A stretch of DNA of 64,000 bases from an uncultured Parachlamydiaceae bacterium (GTDB taxonomy: Bacteria > Chlamydiota > Chlamydiia > Chlamydiales > Parachlamydiaceae). Where the stretch lies: positions 224,001 through 288,000 of the forward strand of contig CAVVXH010000010.1 in assembly GCA_963752155.1 (NCBI GenBank), read 5' to 3'. The notes below the pieces were generated by a model that saw nothing but the letters and a program-made list of their open reading frames with translations, was not told the origin of the DNA and did not search any database. Below are positions 31,777-43,087 of this stretch, piece by piece (the stretch's first letter is position 1; each line of letters opens with the position of its first letter). A program made the translations under genes and the position numbers.

Positions 31777-32676
31777 CTAGACATTTATTAGCTCTTCTTT
31801 ATGCAAAGTTGCCCACTCTTTAGTGGACATTCCTTTGTGACCTACTAATTTTGGTAGATCATCCCGTTCTTGACTTAAATAGCTCATTCGACCATCAACA
31901 CACTGTTTAAAACAGTCTTCAACTCCGAAGAAATAAGGGTCTATCGATTTTCTATCCTCACCCATGTCCGGAATGAATTGTTCGGGAGATTTGGCATTAG
32001 CTTCAAATTTTTTCCCTGTGGCTTCAGAAAATATGGCAGCAATCTCATAAATATTTAGAGATTCAGTAGAGAACCAGTAATCTTTTCCATGATGCTTTGA
32101 GGGACCATCGATTAAAATTTTGCATGTTGCCTCAGCAACATCTTCTAAAGCGATCCATCCCAATTTCTTATCATCGGCATAAAAGGTAACCTTTCCATTT
32201 TTTGCCATCCCGTAGAATCCTGTAAAGTTTTGCATAAAACAGTTAGGATGTAGAAAGGTGTAAGGAATACCACTTGCTTTGATGTAAGCTTCGATCATTT
32301 GGTGCCAGGCAAAATGGGCATCGTAACAATCAGGTTCCGGAGTAAATACCCCTAGATGAACAATGTGCTTTACTCCAGCTTTCCTGGCAGCATCGACCAT
32401 AGCTTTGCTTTGGACAAGCATAGAAACTGAGTATCCTGTCAATAAAAAGAGACTTTCAACTCCCTGGAGAGCAGAAGTAAAGGTTCTAGGATCATCGAGA
32501 TCTAGATATACAGCATCCCCATATTTTTCTTTTAATTTAGGGAGCTGTTCTTTTTTTCTTGCTGTTACGCGCATTGAAATGATGTCTTGGTTGAGTAGTC
32601 TTTCGGCGATTAGACCGCCGAGTTGTCCTGTGACTCCTAGAATCATTGCAATAGGTTTTTTGTTAGATTTATCCAT
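31777..32676 (-). CDS. NmrA-family NAD(P)-binding protein
   Basis: ILGVTGQLGG, AGVKHIVHL and YTFLHPNCFMQN. Confidence 0.88.
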   Translation of the reverse strand: MDKSNKKPIAMILGVTGQLGGLIAERLLNQDIISMRVTARKKEQLPKLKEKYGDAVYLDLDDPRTFTSALQGVESLFLLTGYSVSMLVQSKAMVDAARKAGVKHIVHLGVFTPEPDCYDAHFAWHQMIEAYIKASGIPYTFLHPNCFMQNFTGFYGMAKNGKVTFYADDKKLGWIALEDVAEATCKILIDGPSKHHGKDYWFSTESLNIYEIAAIFSEATGKKFEANAKSPEQFIPDMGEDRKSIDPYFFGVEDCFKQCVDGRMSYLSQERDDLPKLVGHKGMSTKEWATLHKEELINV

Positions 32677-32823
32677 TTTGCCTCCATTTTTGGTAGTGGG
32701 TCTATAGAAGCAATGCTATATAGGATTTATAAATAAAATTAAAATCATTAAAAAAACAGCAATTCCTGCTATAAATGTCATGAAAAGTATAATCAACGAT
32801 ATCGTCGCAATTCGGAGTATAAG

Positions 32824-33147
32824 ATGAAGATTATTACAGGTGTTGTTCAGGAAGGAAAAAAAATGGCTCGAACTTTAGGATTTCCAACCGCTAATATTGC
32901 CTGCCCTTTGGGACTTAACGAAGGAGTTTATGCTGCAATCACACAGCTTTCAACAGATTCTAAGAAGTGGCGTTCTTTAGCTTATTTGAAGGATGGTATT
33001 TTGGAAGTCTATTTAATCGATGCTGATCTAGATCTCTATGGGTCAACCATTACTGTTCAATTGACCAAATTTATTCGATCTCCAATTCCTTTTACAACTG
33101 CAGAAGCTATGCAAGCACAAATTCAACAAGATTTATTATTTATGTAA
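32824..33147 (+). CDS. Stand-alone riboflavin kinase domain
   Basis: GVVQEGKKMARTLGFPTAN, GVY, LEVYL.D, DLYG and FIR. Confidence 0.8.
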   Translation: MKIITGVVQEGKKMARTLGFPTANIACPLGLNEGVYAAITQLSTDSKKWRSLAYLKDGILEVYLIDADLDLYGSTITVQLTKFIRSPIPFTTAEAMQAQIQQDLLFM

Positions 33148-33194
33148 TGGTTCAAATAAGGCTCTCATCCTTTATTGCCTTATTTGAAGTTCCT

Positions 33195-34421
33195 CTAATA
33201 TCCTATTGTTTTTGAAACTTCTAAAAGAATCTCAAAAATAACGAATACTGCGAGTAAAAGGAGAGCTATTTTCCCCCCAGGAAACGTGTACGGCGATTGC
33301 ATTCCTAAGCGATAGCGTGCGGTCCATACCATTAAAATCGGAAGTAATCCTAAAAGAAGGGCGCAACCATAACCTCCTGCATAATCTAACGCTGTGAGGA
33401 AGATATGGGGAAATAGATAAGCTATAAAAAGAGCGGGAATAAAAATAAGCAAGCACAAGAGCGTTTTGCCGGAAAGTGATTTTTTTATATTTAAGCCATC
33501 AGCTAAGAAATCCATTAAGCCGAGAGTGACTCCAAAAAATGAAGTAATCAGAGCAAAAAAAGCAAAGTATTGTCCGACGATATAGACGATTGGTGATTTA
33601 ATGAAGTTTTTCAAAGGATGAACAGCATTATCTCCATTGGCTAGGGCTTCGGCGAGTCCTCCAGGACCATGCGTTGGAACAATTCCTTGGATCAACCATT
33701 GCCAAACAATATATGTGACTAGAGGGATGAAACTTCCTATAAGAATTGCTTTTCTTATGCGTTTAACATCGAAATGCATATCATTGACCAAAGTGGGGAT
33801 AATCCCTTGATAGGCAAAGGACGTAAAGGCAATTGGCAAAGCTAAAAGTGATTTCGACCAATCGCGATGTAATAAGAGCTCATTTTGGACAAATCCAAAT
33901 CCAAGGAAAAGAAATGCAAGAAAGGAAATTGCTAATCCTAACATAAATAAAACGTTTATTTTACTTACAAATCGTGTGCCGGCTATGATAAGAGGGGCAA
34001 CAAAAAGGACAAAGATAAATGGTGCTATCCAGCTTGGGATTTGATTCCCTGCAAATTGGGAGATTAAGTCTCCGCATCCGACAATGTAGGCGACAGAGAG
34101 TGAGTAAAATAAAAATAGATAGAGCACCCAAGCAAATGCTTTTCCCCAAAAACCTAGTGTACGTTCTGACATAGAGACAATATTTGCATCCTTATGCATC
34201 CATAGAGAGATTTCCAGAAAAAGTAAGCCGGTGCAAGTCATGAACAACCAGCAAAAAAAGTAAACAGTAATTGAGGGAAGAAAGCCTCCTAAGCTTGTCA
34301 GGACAGGTAAGGCTAGCATTCCTCCGCCAATAGAAGTTCCAGCAACCAATAAAATTCCGTGGAAAGTTGATCCGGTATTTTGTTCCAAAATTGTTCCTTT
34401 TGTTTTCCGAGAGAATAGCAC
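33195..34421 (-). CDS. tyrP: Aromatic amino acid (tyrosine) permease
   Basis: LVAGTSIGGGMLALP, multiple TM helices, TSFFGV. Confidence 0.85.
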   Translation of the reverse strand: MLFSRKTKGTILEQNTGSTFHGILLVAGTSIGGGMLALPVLTSLGGFLPSITVYFFCWLFMTCTGLLFLEISLWMHKDANIVSMSERTLGFWGKAFAWVLYLFLFYSLSVAYIVGCGDLISQFAGNQIPSWIAPFIFVLFVAPLIIAGTRFVSKINVLFMLGLAISFLAFLFLGFGFVQNELLLHRDWSKSLLALPIAFTSFAYQGIIPTLVNDMHFDVKRIRKAILIGSFIPLVTYIVWQWLIQGIVPTHGPGGLAEALANGDNAVHPLKNFIKSPIVYIVGQYFAFFALITSFFGVTLGLMDFLADGLNIKKSLSGKTLLCLLIFIPALFIAYLFPHIFLTALDYAGGYGCALLLGLLPILMVWTARYRLGMQSPYTFPGGKIALLLLAVFVIFEILLEVSKTIGY

Positions 34422-34557
34422 GATCCTTCCGGAGTGGGTTTTTCAGGGTCGTTCAGGTTCAGTTATCCTTAAATAGTATCATTTTGTTAACGATTAGTCT
34501 AGATTTTCTTGAATTCTTTTCGTGTAATCGTGTAATCGTGTAATGACGTCTGTAATG

Positions 34558-34893
34558 AAGAACGATAAGAACGATAGGAACGATAAGAACGATAGGAACG
34601 ATAAGAACGATAAGAACGATAAAAATTATAATTGAACATTATCATGATGAACTATCTGATTAAACTGTGTAAACTAAAATTCAAATCATTTATAATAAAT
34701 TGTTGCATTTTAGTTTGCATAGTTTAATTTACACTTCCAAGAGAAACAATAAAAAAGTTTTTATCATCTTCTTATCGTTTTTATCGTTTTTATCGTTTTT
34801 ATCGTTCTTATCGTTTTTATCGTTTTTATCGTTTTTATCGTTTTTATCGTTCTTATCGTTCTTATCGTTCTTATCGTTTTTATCGTTGCATCG
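34558..34893. mobile_element. Gene-less copy of the inverted 9-bp array element
   Basis: (AACGATARG)x~7 ... (YTTATCGTT)x~14 ending ATCGTTGCATCGT; ~135 bp core with its own inverted repeat. Confidence 0.75.
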
Positions 34894-35081
34894 TGGCAAG
34901 GGGACAAAATATAAATTATCAAGCCCAAATCGAAGCTGAAGATCAACTTGAAATAGCTCCAGATTTAAAAAAAGCAATTAGTTGTTGCAACATATAAACT
35001 GTAAATGATAATATCTAAAATGCGTGATGAATAGAAAATCAAAATATTCAAGATAATATATTAAAATAATTTATTTATACT

Positions 35082-35552
35082 ATGGAGGACAATATGTCTA
35101 CAGAAGTCGGAGTGAATACACCAGTTCAGCAGTCGTTTGTGAATACTGCTGAAGTAAAAACTAAAGATAGCTGGATGAATCGGTTGGCTAAAGGCGCAAC
35201 AACTCTAGTTTCTACAGCAGTAGGTTTACAAGCAAGTGCAATTGTTTCTGCTTGGGCACCTAAAATTATTCTAGATCGTGCCATTGCCGGAAGTTCTTGC
35301 TGGGCGTGGGGAGCATTAGTCACGGGGCCTGCAGCAGTGAAGGCTTCTGCACCGATAATTACTTTGATGACAGCGGGCGCTGGGGTTGCTGCTACCGCAG
35401 GTACCGCAGCTACGATTGTCTGTGCCGGAAAAATACTCTCTTATGGAGTTAATGCGATTAAAGGTAAACTTGAAGAGCGCAGAATCAGAGAAAGTGAAAG
35501 ATTAGCTCAGAATATATTAGCGAATAATTTCAAAGAGGTTATTGCCGCCTAA
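35082..35552 (+). CDS. Hypothetical protein with long hydrophobic Ala-rich segment (Inc-like)
   Basis: 156 aa ORF; GGAGG before ATG 35094. Confidence 0.65.
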   Translation: MEDNMSTEVGVNTPVQQSFVNTAEVKTKDSWMNRLAKGATTLVSTAVGLQASAIVSAWAPKIILDRAIAGSSCWAWGALVTGPAAVKASAPIITLMTAGAGVAATAGTAATIVCAGKILSYGVNAIKGKLEERRIRESERLAQNILANNFKEVIAA

Positions 35553-35593
35553 ACAAGCGGATGCTGGCTATGTTCACCTGTACACGAGAAACT

Positions 35594-35702
35594 TTATTCC
35601 TCCTCTGTGTTCTCTGTGATCTCTGTGGTAAAAAAAAATCTACCACAGAGATCACAGAGAACACAGAGGAGGAATAATTGAGCGAAGAAGTGAACAAGGC
35701 TT
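35594..35702. repeat. Second CACAGAGAW-arm palindrome, in inverted orientation
   Basis: Shares the hairpin and the 25-bp flank TTGAGCGAAGAAGTGAACAAGGCTT with 19669-19767. Confidence 0.9.
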
Positions 35703-35841
35703 GGATGCTCATCCCTTTGCCGCGTCTTAGCCATCCAATTATCCATATGGGTAATTGGATGGTCTCTTTTAAATTCTGGCATTAAATTTGCAGCCATATT
35801 CTAATACTTATATTAATAAGCTTAGCTATAAGGAGGGCAAG

Positions 35842-36021
35842 ATGACTAAATTACAATTATTAAAAAAAATAGCTATACTAGAGTCTATCAATGATCATTT
35901 AAGTACAGAAGTAGCATATATTGATCAACTATTGCGTCTTGTAGGATTTTCAAATGGATTAGAAACTGCAAAATTGACAGCTGAAGAGATAGTAGCTAAA
36001 GGCTTACAAGATGATTTTTAG
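35842..36021 (+). CDS. Small hypothetical protein
   Basis: AAGGAGG RBS; MTKLQLLKKIAILESINDHL. Confidence 0.65.
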   Translation: MTKLQLLKKIAILESINDHLSTEVAYIDQLLRLVGFSNGLETAKLTAEEIVAKGLQDDF

Positions 36022-36037
36022 TCAAAAATTTGATCAA

Positions 36038-36758
36038 TTATTTAATAGCTCGACAAAAAGTGAGTGCATAAATTTCTTTAGGACATCCTTCTCTAAGAGT
36101 CTCTGCACATCGTTTAAGTGTCGATCCAGTTGTCATGACATCATCTATAAGAAGAATCGTTTTATCATAAAGTGATGTCTTTTTTTAACACAATGAAGAA
36201 CTATCTAGAGTGCGCTGTTGCCGATTCATTCCAGCCTGACTATAATCTCCACTTTTGCGTTTTAAGAGAAGATGCAATGGTTTATTTAAGAACACGAGAA
36301 ACATTTTCTGCTAATAATTGACTTTGATTATAGCCTCTTTCTATCCAATGGGTAGAAGAAATAGGAACAGGAACGATAAATCCGGTAGCGGCCAATTAAG
36401 TTGAATGAATTGAGCGACTAAAAATGCTCCGGCTCCCTTTGCCAAATAGGGTTGGTTACCATATTTAAGTTTGCGAATGATGGATGCTGGGGGGCCGACA
36501 TAGTCAAAAGCGGCAGCAACATGATTTAATTCACAGGAAATTTAGATCTTTACTTGGCATATAGGACAAGATTTCAGATCAATAGTATACTCAGATGAGA
36601 AGCAATGGGGGCACCGTTCATGGTGGGTCAATCAGTTGTAGCTTTCCCATACATTCATGGCAAAGATAGGATGAATCAATTTCAATCATTTCGCGGCAAT
36701 GGAGACAAAGCGGAGGGAACAACAAATTGCGAAATGATTTCAAGAGAAGAGGTAACAT
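36038..36758 (-). CDS. comF: ComF family phosphoribosyltransferase-like protein, frameshifted
   Basis: LFPPLCLHC...LCHEC Zn ribbon, RGYNQS and ILLIDDVMTTGSTL read across frames. Confidence 0.8.
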
Positions 36759-36760
36759 TA

Positions 36761-37672
36761 TCAAGGGAAAATGGCTTTCGATAATATTGGAGATGACGGT
36801 TTCGATATGTTGAGCCAATTCAGGATAGTATTTAGGTTCTTTAGCTTTAAGCCAGCGAGCCATCCGACGTGCCACCAGCGCAATGTCATCAGAATAGTAG
36901 GCAGGTTGACGCATGGTCTCTTCGCTTTTAGTTTCCCGACATCGAGGTGAATGGGCATAGCCCCGGCAAACCCAGCATTATGCATGATTCCGTGATCGTG
37001 ATCGTAAATTCCTTTGAGGTATTCAGATAGATAGAGGTCGAAGATTTCTGTGATGCGCAATTTGGCAAGTTCTATTTCATTATTTTCGAGAAGCTCGTGT
37101 AAAACAGTGCGCATAGTTTTAGCTTTGACTTGAACCACAAAAGGGACTGTGTCTAATTCAATGAGTTGAGTTCGCCCTAATTTATCCGTCACAGCTAGCG
37201 ATGGATAGAGTCCTTTGGTTGGATTGAGATGCAAGAAAACAAGCCCACATTCACTTTTATGTTTCATATAAGCGAGATGATATCCTTCAAATACTCCTGC
37301 CATTTTCTTCTCTATCTTTTCCATTTTTTTATCGCGATAGTTGTTAAAAGGTGTCCACGCTGGCAGCCAACTGAGGAGAGGAGAAGGTCTTAGATGCTTA
37401 AACTTGAAAAATTTAATGACATATTTGCCATCTTCAGAACTAAAAGCATAAGATTGAACGCCTTTTCCAATATATGAAAAGCGCTGCTGTAAGATCTCAT
37501 CAAGCTTTGATTGATCAATAGTTGTCAAAGCGGGAACTTCCCATTCTTTTTTTGAGATGTAATCGTTGCTAATGTTGCTAATTCTAAAGTCATCAGTTAG
37601 ATAATAATAGAGCCGACCTATGCCCAAGAGGACAAAGGTCGGTATGAGCAAGTAAATAAATAGTTTCCTCAT
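36761..37672 (-). CDS. Hypothetical membrane-anchored protein (probable frameshift near 36915)
   Basis: 303 aa ORF with N-terminal TM, GKGVQ..AF..YVIKF and IHLDVG (weakly kinase-like). Confidence 0.7.
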   Translation of the reverse strand: MRKLFIYLLIPTFVLLGIGRLYYYLTDDFRISNISNDYISKKEWEVPALTTIDQSKLDEILQQRFSYIGKGVQSYAFSSEDGKYVIKFFKFKHLRPSPLLSWLPAWTPFNNYRDKKMEKIEKKMAGVFEGYHLAYMKHKSECGLVFLHLNPTKGLYPSLAVTDKLGRTQLIELDTVPFVVQVKAKTMRTVLHELLENNEIELAKLRITEIFDLYLSEYLKGIYDHDHGIMHNAGFAGAMPIHLDVGKLKAKRPCVNLPTILMTLRWWHVGWLAGLKLKNLNTILNWLNISKPSSPILSKAIFP

Positions 37673-40272
37673 CTAATTTTCGGAAATTCCTCTTTTGCTT
37701 TTTATTCTGGAACTACTGCTTGAAGAAGATTCCTTGCTGATTAGAGGAAACACTTCTTGATCGATAAAGATCAACTGATCCCCCTCAACGGTGACGAGGC
37801 AGTGTCTTCCTTCATCAGGATTCAGGAGAACTTTTTCTGCTAGAGGATCTTCAGGAATTGTTCAAGTGTGCGTCTTAAAGGGCGAGCGCCCATTTCAGGT
37901 TGGAATCCTTTTTCGACTAAAAACGCTTTGGCTGCATCATCCAATTCGATCACAATTTGGTGAGAAGCAAGCCTGGTGAGCAGTTTTTTAAGCTCGATGT
38001 TAATCACTTGAAGCAGTGCTGCTCGATCAAGAGGTCTAAAGATCACAACATCATTTAAACGATTTAAAAATTCAGGTTTAAAGGCTTTTTTGACCGCAGC
38101 CAGTATCTTTTCTTTAATATGTTCATAATCCATAGAACCTTCTTGAGCTCCAAAACCCACTTCTGTACTCTTTTTGATAAGATCAGCTCCCAAGTTGGAA
38201 GTCATGATGACAATCGTATTGCGAAAATCGATTTTTCTTCCGAAAGAATCGGTCAAACGCCCTTCTTCCAAAATTTGCAGAAGGAGGTCCATGACATCAG
38301 GATGCGCTTTTTCAATTTCATCAAAAAGAACAACAGAATAAGGACGTTGACGGACTTGTTCTGTCAGTTGGCCCCCTTCTTCATGTCCCACATAGCCTGG
38401 AGGAGATCCTGTCATGCGGCTGACAGCAAATTTCTCCATGTATTCTGACATGTCGACTTGAATAAGAGCATCTTCTCCGCCAAACATATTGATTGCAAGT
38501 AGGCGAGCTAGAAGTGTTTTTCCTACTCCTGTTGGACCTAAGAAGAGAAAAGCTCCAATCGGACGATTAGGATCTTTGATATCGGCTCGGCTGCGGCGAA
38601 TCGCGCGGCAGATGGTGTTTAAGGCTTCATCTTGTCCGATGATACTTTCTCTAAGAATTTCTTCCATTTTAAGACTTTTTGCGTTTCCCCTTCGGTCAAG
38701 GCGATTACATAGGAATGCCTGTTTGTTTTGCAACAACATTGGCGACATCTTCATCTTCGACAATGACTTCATGCTCTTCTTTATTGATTTCCCATTCGGC
38801 ACGAATTTGTTGCAGCTGTTCGCGCAAAGTCTTTTCTTTATCGCGCAATTTCGCAGCTTTTTCATATTCTTGCTTGCTGATGGCATCTTCTTTAGCTAAG
38901 CGCGTCTTCTTCAATTTCAGCTTCATATTTGCTAATGTCTTGAGGTTGATTCATCATGGAGATGCGCATTTTGGCGCCGGCTTCATCGATTAGATCGATA
39001 GCTTTATCGGGTAGGAAACGTCCATGAACATAGCGATCAGAAAGAATTGCTGCAGCTTTAATGGCTTGCAGGAGTATAAAAACATTTGTGATGCTCTTCA
39101 TATTTGCTTTTTAAGCCCATCAAGAATTTCAATTGTTTCTTCCACACTTGGCGGTTGGACCATGATTTTTTGAAAACGTCGTTCTAAGGCAGCATCTTTT
39201 TCAATATGCTTGCGATATTCATCGATAGTGGTGGCTCCGATACACTGCAGTTCTCCGCGTGAAAGAGCAGGTTTAAAATATTAGAAGCATCGATAGCCCC
39301 TTCTGCAGCACCTGCTCCTACAATCGTATGCAATTCGTCGATGAATAAGAAGAACATTGCCATTCTTCTTGATTTCATCCATGACAGCTTTAATGCGCTC
39401 TTCAAATTGACCGCGGTATTTTGTTCCGGCAATCATTAAAGCCAAGATCAAGAGTGATCAATTTCTTTTTGCGCAGATTATCAGGCACTTCTCCTTTGAC
39501 AATGGCTTGAGCAAGACCTTCAACAATAGCTGTTTTACCCACACCGGCTTCACCGACGAGTACAGGATTATTTTTACGGCGGCGGCAGAGAATCAGAATA
39601 AGACGTTCGACTTCTTCTTTTCGTCCAATGACAGGATCCATTTTGCCTTCGCGGCACATTTCAGTCAAATCATGTCCATAAGCTTTAAGGGCAGGCATTT
39701 TGTCGGAAATTGGCATTGCATCCTTTTCATAGGATTTATCGGAAGAGCTTACCGGCACTTGCCCAGCGCAGCTGGGGTGGCCGAGGAGTAGGAGGTGATG
39801 ATTGGCCTCCCTAATAGGAGGAAGTTGTAAATTAAAGGTTTCGAGTTCTTTAAGAACTTCTTTGCGACTTCTTTAAGATTGACATTTAGATTTTCAAGTA
39901 CTTGAGCAGCAACACCATCCGTTTGACGTAATAATCCCAATAAAAGATGTTCGGTCCCGACATAGTTATGATTGAGATTCGCAGCTTCTTCATTAGCATA
40001 TTCAAAAACTTTTTTTACTTTTCCTGTTAAAGCTGGATCGCCATAGACTTGAATTTCAGGACCATAGCCTACAAGTTTTTCAACTTCGCTGCGCACAGTT
40101 TCAAAATCGATGTTTAAGATTGCGCAACACATTGACAGCTACACCTTGACCAAGTTTGAGCAAGCCAAGAAGAACATGCTCTGTTCCCAAGATAATTATG
40201 ATTTAGGCGTTGAGCTTCTTTTTTTGCCAATTTAATGACTTGCTTTGCTCGATTGGTAAATTTGTCAAACAT
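37673..40272 (-). CDS. clpC: ATP-dependent Clp protease ATPase ClpC, split by frameshifts
   Basis: [12 protein letters not shown] start, two Clp-N repeats, [11 protein letters not shown]-like [19 protein letters not shown]. Confidence 0.9.
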
Positions 40273-40366
40273 TTGGTGCTCACTTTACAGCTATTTGTAT
40301 ATATTTAAGATCTTAATTGAATTTTACGAGTTCATGTATTGGGGTGCAACAAGAAAAAAAAAGATG

Positions 40367-40771
40367 TTAAAATTCTCTGCTATAGGCAAGAATTAAAGCC
40401 TTTGCGACGTTAGAGATTTGAGGGTCATGCTCGTTTTTAAGAATGGCGGCTAATTTTAGTCCTTCTTCGTGACGATGGGTCATGAATAGAGCTTTGCACA
40501 TATTTAAAAGAGTTGGAGCGTGATCGCCTTCGAGTTTAAGAGCTTTTTCGAGAAAGACGAGTGCTTTTTTGGGCTCATTCATTTGCAAATAAAGAGCTCC
40601 TGTCGTTTGGGCGTCGTAGGCAGAATTTGGATCCAGTACAGCTAGAGCTTCAAAAAATGACATTGCAATGTCATATTTTCCTTGGCGAATATAGGCATAT
40701 CCGATGTAACGCATTTCATCTAACTGATCTTCAGACCAACCCAATGTATTAAGCCAATTGATTCTTCCCAT
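40367..40771 (-). CDS. TPR protein, type III secretion chaperone-like
   Basis: 134 aa with TPR-like helices (GYAYIRQGKYDIA). Confidence 0.7.
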   Translation of the reverse strand: MGRINWLNTLGWSEDQLDEMRYIGYAYIRQGKYDIAMSFFEALAVLDPNSAYDAQTTGALYLQMNEPKKALVFLEKALKLEGDHAPTLLNMCKALFMTHRHEEGLKLAAILKNEHDPQISNVAKALILAYSREF

Positions 40772-40777
40772 AAATGG

Positions 40778-41227
40778 TTAGCCTTGTAAAAATTGACCCA
40801 TGCGTCCAACAACATGCTTCAGCCATTGGTTTATTTTAGTAATTCGAGCAAAACAATCTGTGATAGCTTTTCGTTCTTCTTCCTCTTCTTCGGTCTCACA
40901 TTCTTCTTTTGCCAGTTTTTCTTCATTTTCTTCTTGTTCTTTTTCATCGCCCAAGCTGGGCAAAATGCGGGAAAATCCGAATGGAGAGCGTCTTTTACTT
41001 AAAAATCTCACAGGAGGATAAAAATAGGCCCAAGGAGAATTGAAGGGTGTAATTCCTAGAAGGAGATCGATTTCAGTCAGAGTAGGATAAGCATTCATCA
41101 CCTGGATTTGAGGGGGAATACTGCCAGCTTGATCTAGGCGCAATTGCTGATTGAGCTGTTCAATCATGCGAGTTCGAACAGCATAGAGGTTATAAATATT
41201 TAAGTCTAAATTATCAATAGTTGCCAT
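40778..41227 (-). CDS. Conserved hypothetical protein with acidic tract
   Basis: GAGG RBS, operonic with the TPR gene, ends GQFLQG. Confidence 0.75.
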   Translation of the reverse strand: MATIDNLDLNIYNLYAVRTRMIEQLNQQLRLDQAGSIPPQIQVMNAYPTLTEIDLLLGITPFNSPWAYFYPPVRFLSKRRSPFGFSRILPSLGDEKEQEENEEKLAKEECETEEEEEERKAITDCFARITKINQWLKHVVGRMGQFLQG

Positions 41228-41362
41228 ATAACCCTCCTCTGTTATTTTTATTTTACCAACTCTCTATTAAGTTTGCAAGAGGCCGAATCTTATGCGCCAG
41301 GGCATATGAAATCATAATTCTTTAAAACTGTTCTGATTTCATATACCCTGATCTTATGTATC

Positions 41363-42052
41363 TTATGCGAGTCTCCACATTGTTTTTCTAAATTCCCAGT
41401 TTTCACTTCCTGACCAAGTCGTTCCCAATGATCCTATGTTAGTCCAAGGATTAATCGTAAGGCGTATTCCTGCACAAAGTTCTTCCACACCATCTAAAGC
41501 GGATAAATATTTCATTGCATGATCATTAAGACCGGGAGAATTACCTACTGTAGCGGTTGCAAAAGCAGTCAAAAAAAGTCCATAAGCTAATTCAATTGTT
41601 TTTGTAACAGCAAGTAAGGTTGTACCAAAAAGAAAGCAACAACGTGAAGCGATATGTTTTCTTAAATTGGGATTAGCCTGATTATCAGCCTCTTCAACTC
41701 CTTTTTTAAGGATAGGATAAGCAATTGTTTGGGTAAGAAGCCCAACAAATTTTCCTCTCGATTCAAAATTTTCGATGAACTCCATTCCTTTACTATAAGG
41801 ATTGAAAAATCGAATTGTTATAAAAAATAGACTTGGTAATAAAAGTTGCGCATCAAAGATACTGCTAAATCCTTTGTTTGCGAATCTATTTATTTTCGAT
41901 TTTCCAGTGGAAAATAAGGATAGGGCTGAGCCTGCAATTTTGGCAATTGTGTTACCTGCTGATAATAAAAAAATACTACTCCCATCAAGGAGACTAGGAA
42001 TCGATTTTTGTACCCAAGCATCTTTAAATTCAGTTAATGAAAAATTATGCAT
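41363..42052 (-). CDS. Hypothetical membrane protein (tandem paralog 1)
   Basis: End-to-end similarity to 42135-42821. Confidence 0.75.
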   Translation of the reverse strand: MHNFSLTEFKDAWVQKSIPSLLDGSSIFLLSAGNTIAKIAGSALSLFSTGKSKINRFANKGFSSIFDAQLLLPSLFFITIRFFNPYSKGMEFIENFESRGKFVGLLTQTIAYPILKKGVEEADNQANPNLRKHIASRCCFLFGTTLLAVTKTIELAYGLFLTAFATATVGNSPGLNDHAMKYLSALDGVEELCAGIRLTINPWTNIGSLGTTWSGSENWEFRKTMWRLA

Positions 42053-42134
42053 ATTTACCTGCTTTTTAAAAGAAATTATTTATTGATTTGTTTTATTATA
42101 GCAGTTTTGTTAATTAAATACAAGTCTAAAGTCT

Positions 42135-42821
42135 CTAAAGTCTCCATGTGGATTTTCTGTAATTCCAATTTTTATGTCCTGACCAACTCGCTCCCAGCTG
42201 ACCTAAATTTGTCCAAGGATTAATTAAAATGCGTATCCCTGAGCAAAGTTCATCAAGACCGTCTAAGGCGGATAAATATTTCATCGCATAGTCATTAAGT
42301 TTTGGAGAGCTGCCAAGGAAGATGGCAGCTAGAGTTGTCAAAAAAAGTCCGATAGATATTTCAATTAATTTTGTGACTGTTAATAGGAGGATGCCGGTAA
42401 AAAAACAACAACGTGAAATGACATGCTTTTTTAACTGGGAATTAGCGGGGTTGTCAGCGATTTTAATCCCATTTTTGAAAAGAGGATAAGCGATGGCTGG
42501 AGTTAATGGGCCAATAAATTTTCCTCTGGATTCAAAATTTTCAATAAACTCCATTCCCTCGCTGTAGGGGTTGAAGAACCGAAAAGTTATAAAAAATAAA
42601 CTAGGTAGTAGAAGTTGGGCATCGATTATAGAGCTAAATCCTTTATTTGCGAATCTATTTATACGAGTTTCTCCACTAGAAGGAAGAGCGAACACCGAGC
42701 CTGCAATTTTGGCAATTGTGTTGCCTGTTGCCAGCAAAAGAAGATTACAACCAGTAAGAATGCTCGGTATCGATCTTTGTTCCCAGGTGCTTTTAAATTC
42801 TGTTAACGAAAAATTTTGCAT
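42135..42821 (-). CDS. Hypothetical membrane protein (tandem paralog 2)
   Basis: End-to-end similarity to 41363-42052. Confidence 0.75.
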   Translation of the reverse strand: MQNFSLTEFKSTWEQRSIPSILTGCNLLLLATGNTIAKIAGSVFALPSSGETRINRFANKGFSSIIDAQLLLPSLFFITFRFFNPYSEGMEFIENFESRGKFIGPLTPAIAYPLFKNGIKIADNPANSQLKKHVISRCCFFTGILLLTVTKLIEISIGLFLTTLAAIFLGSSPKLNDYAMKYLSALDGLDELCSGIRILINPWTNLGQLGASWSGHKNWNYRKSTWRL

Positions 42822-42911
42822 AATTACCTATATCGTTTTAGTCCTTTTAATAATATATTTTTATCATACCAGTTTGCAGATTAAATTCAAGTCTCGATAT
42901 ATCGAAGATAG

Positions 42912-43078
42912 GTGCTCTTTTGCGCCTCCTAAAATTCGCACCTTGCCATTGGTGCCTGACCTGATATTCTGACATTTGTCGATGCGATAACATTGCTTCC
43001 TAAAGGGCAAATGTCAGAATGTCAGGTCAGGCACCAATGGCAAGGCGCGAATTTGTTATTTAGGAGGCTCGAAGGCAC
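42912..43078. repeat. Complete family E palindrome
   Basis: CCTTGCCATTGGTGCCTGACCTGATATTCTGACATTTG...CAAATGTCAGAATGTCAGGTCAGGCACCAATGGCAAGG. Confidence 0.9.
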
Positions 43079-43087
43079 AAAGATTTC

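Noticed and set aside
34700..34977. Three overlapping low-complexity ORFs
   Set aside because: All are translations of the 9-bp array
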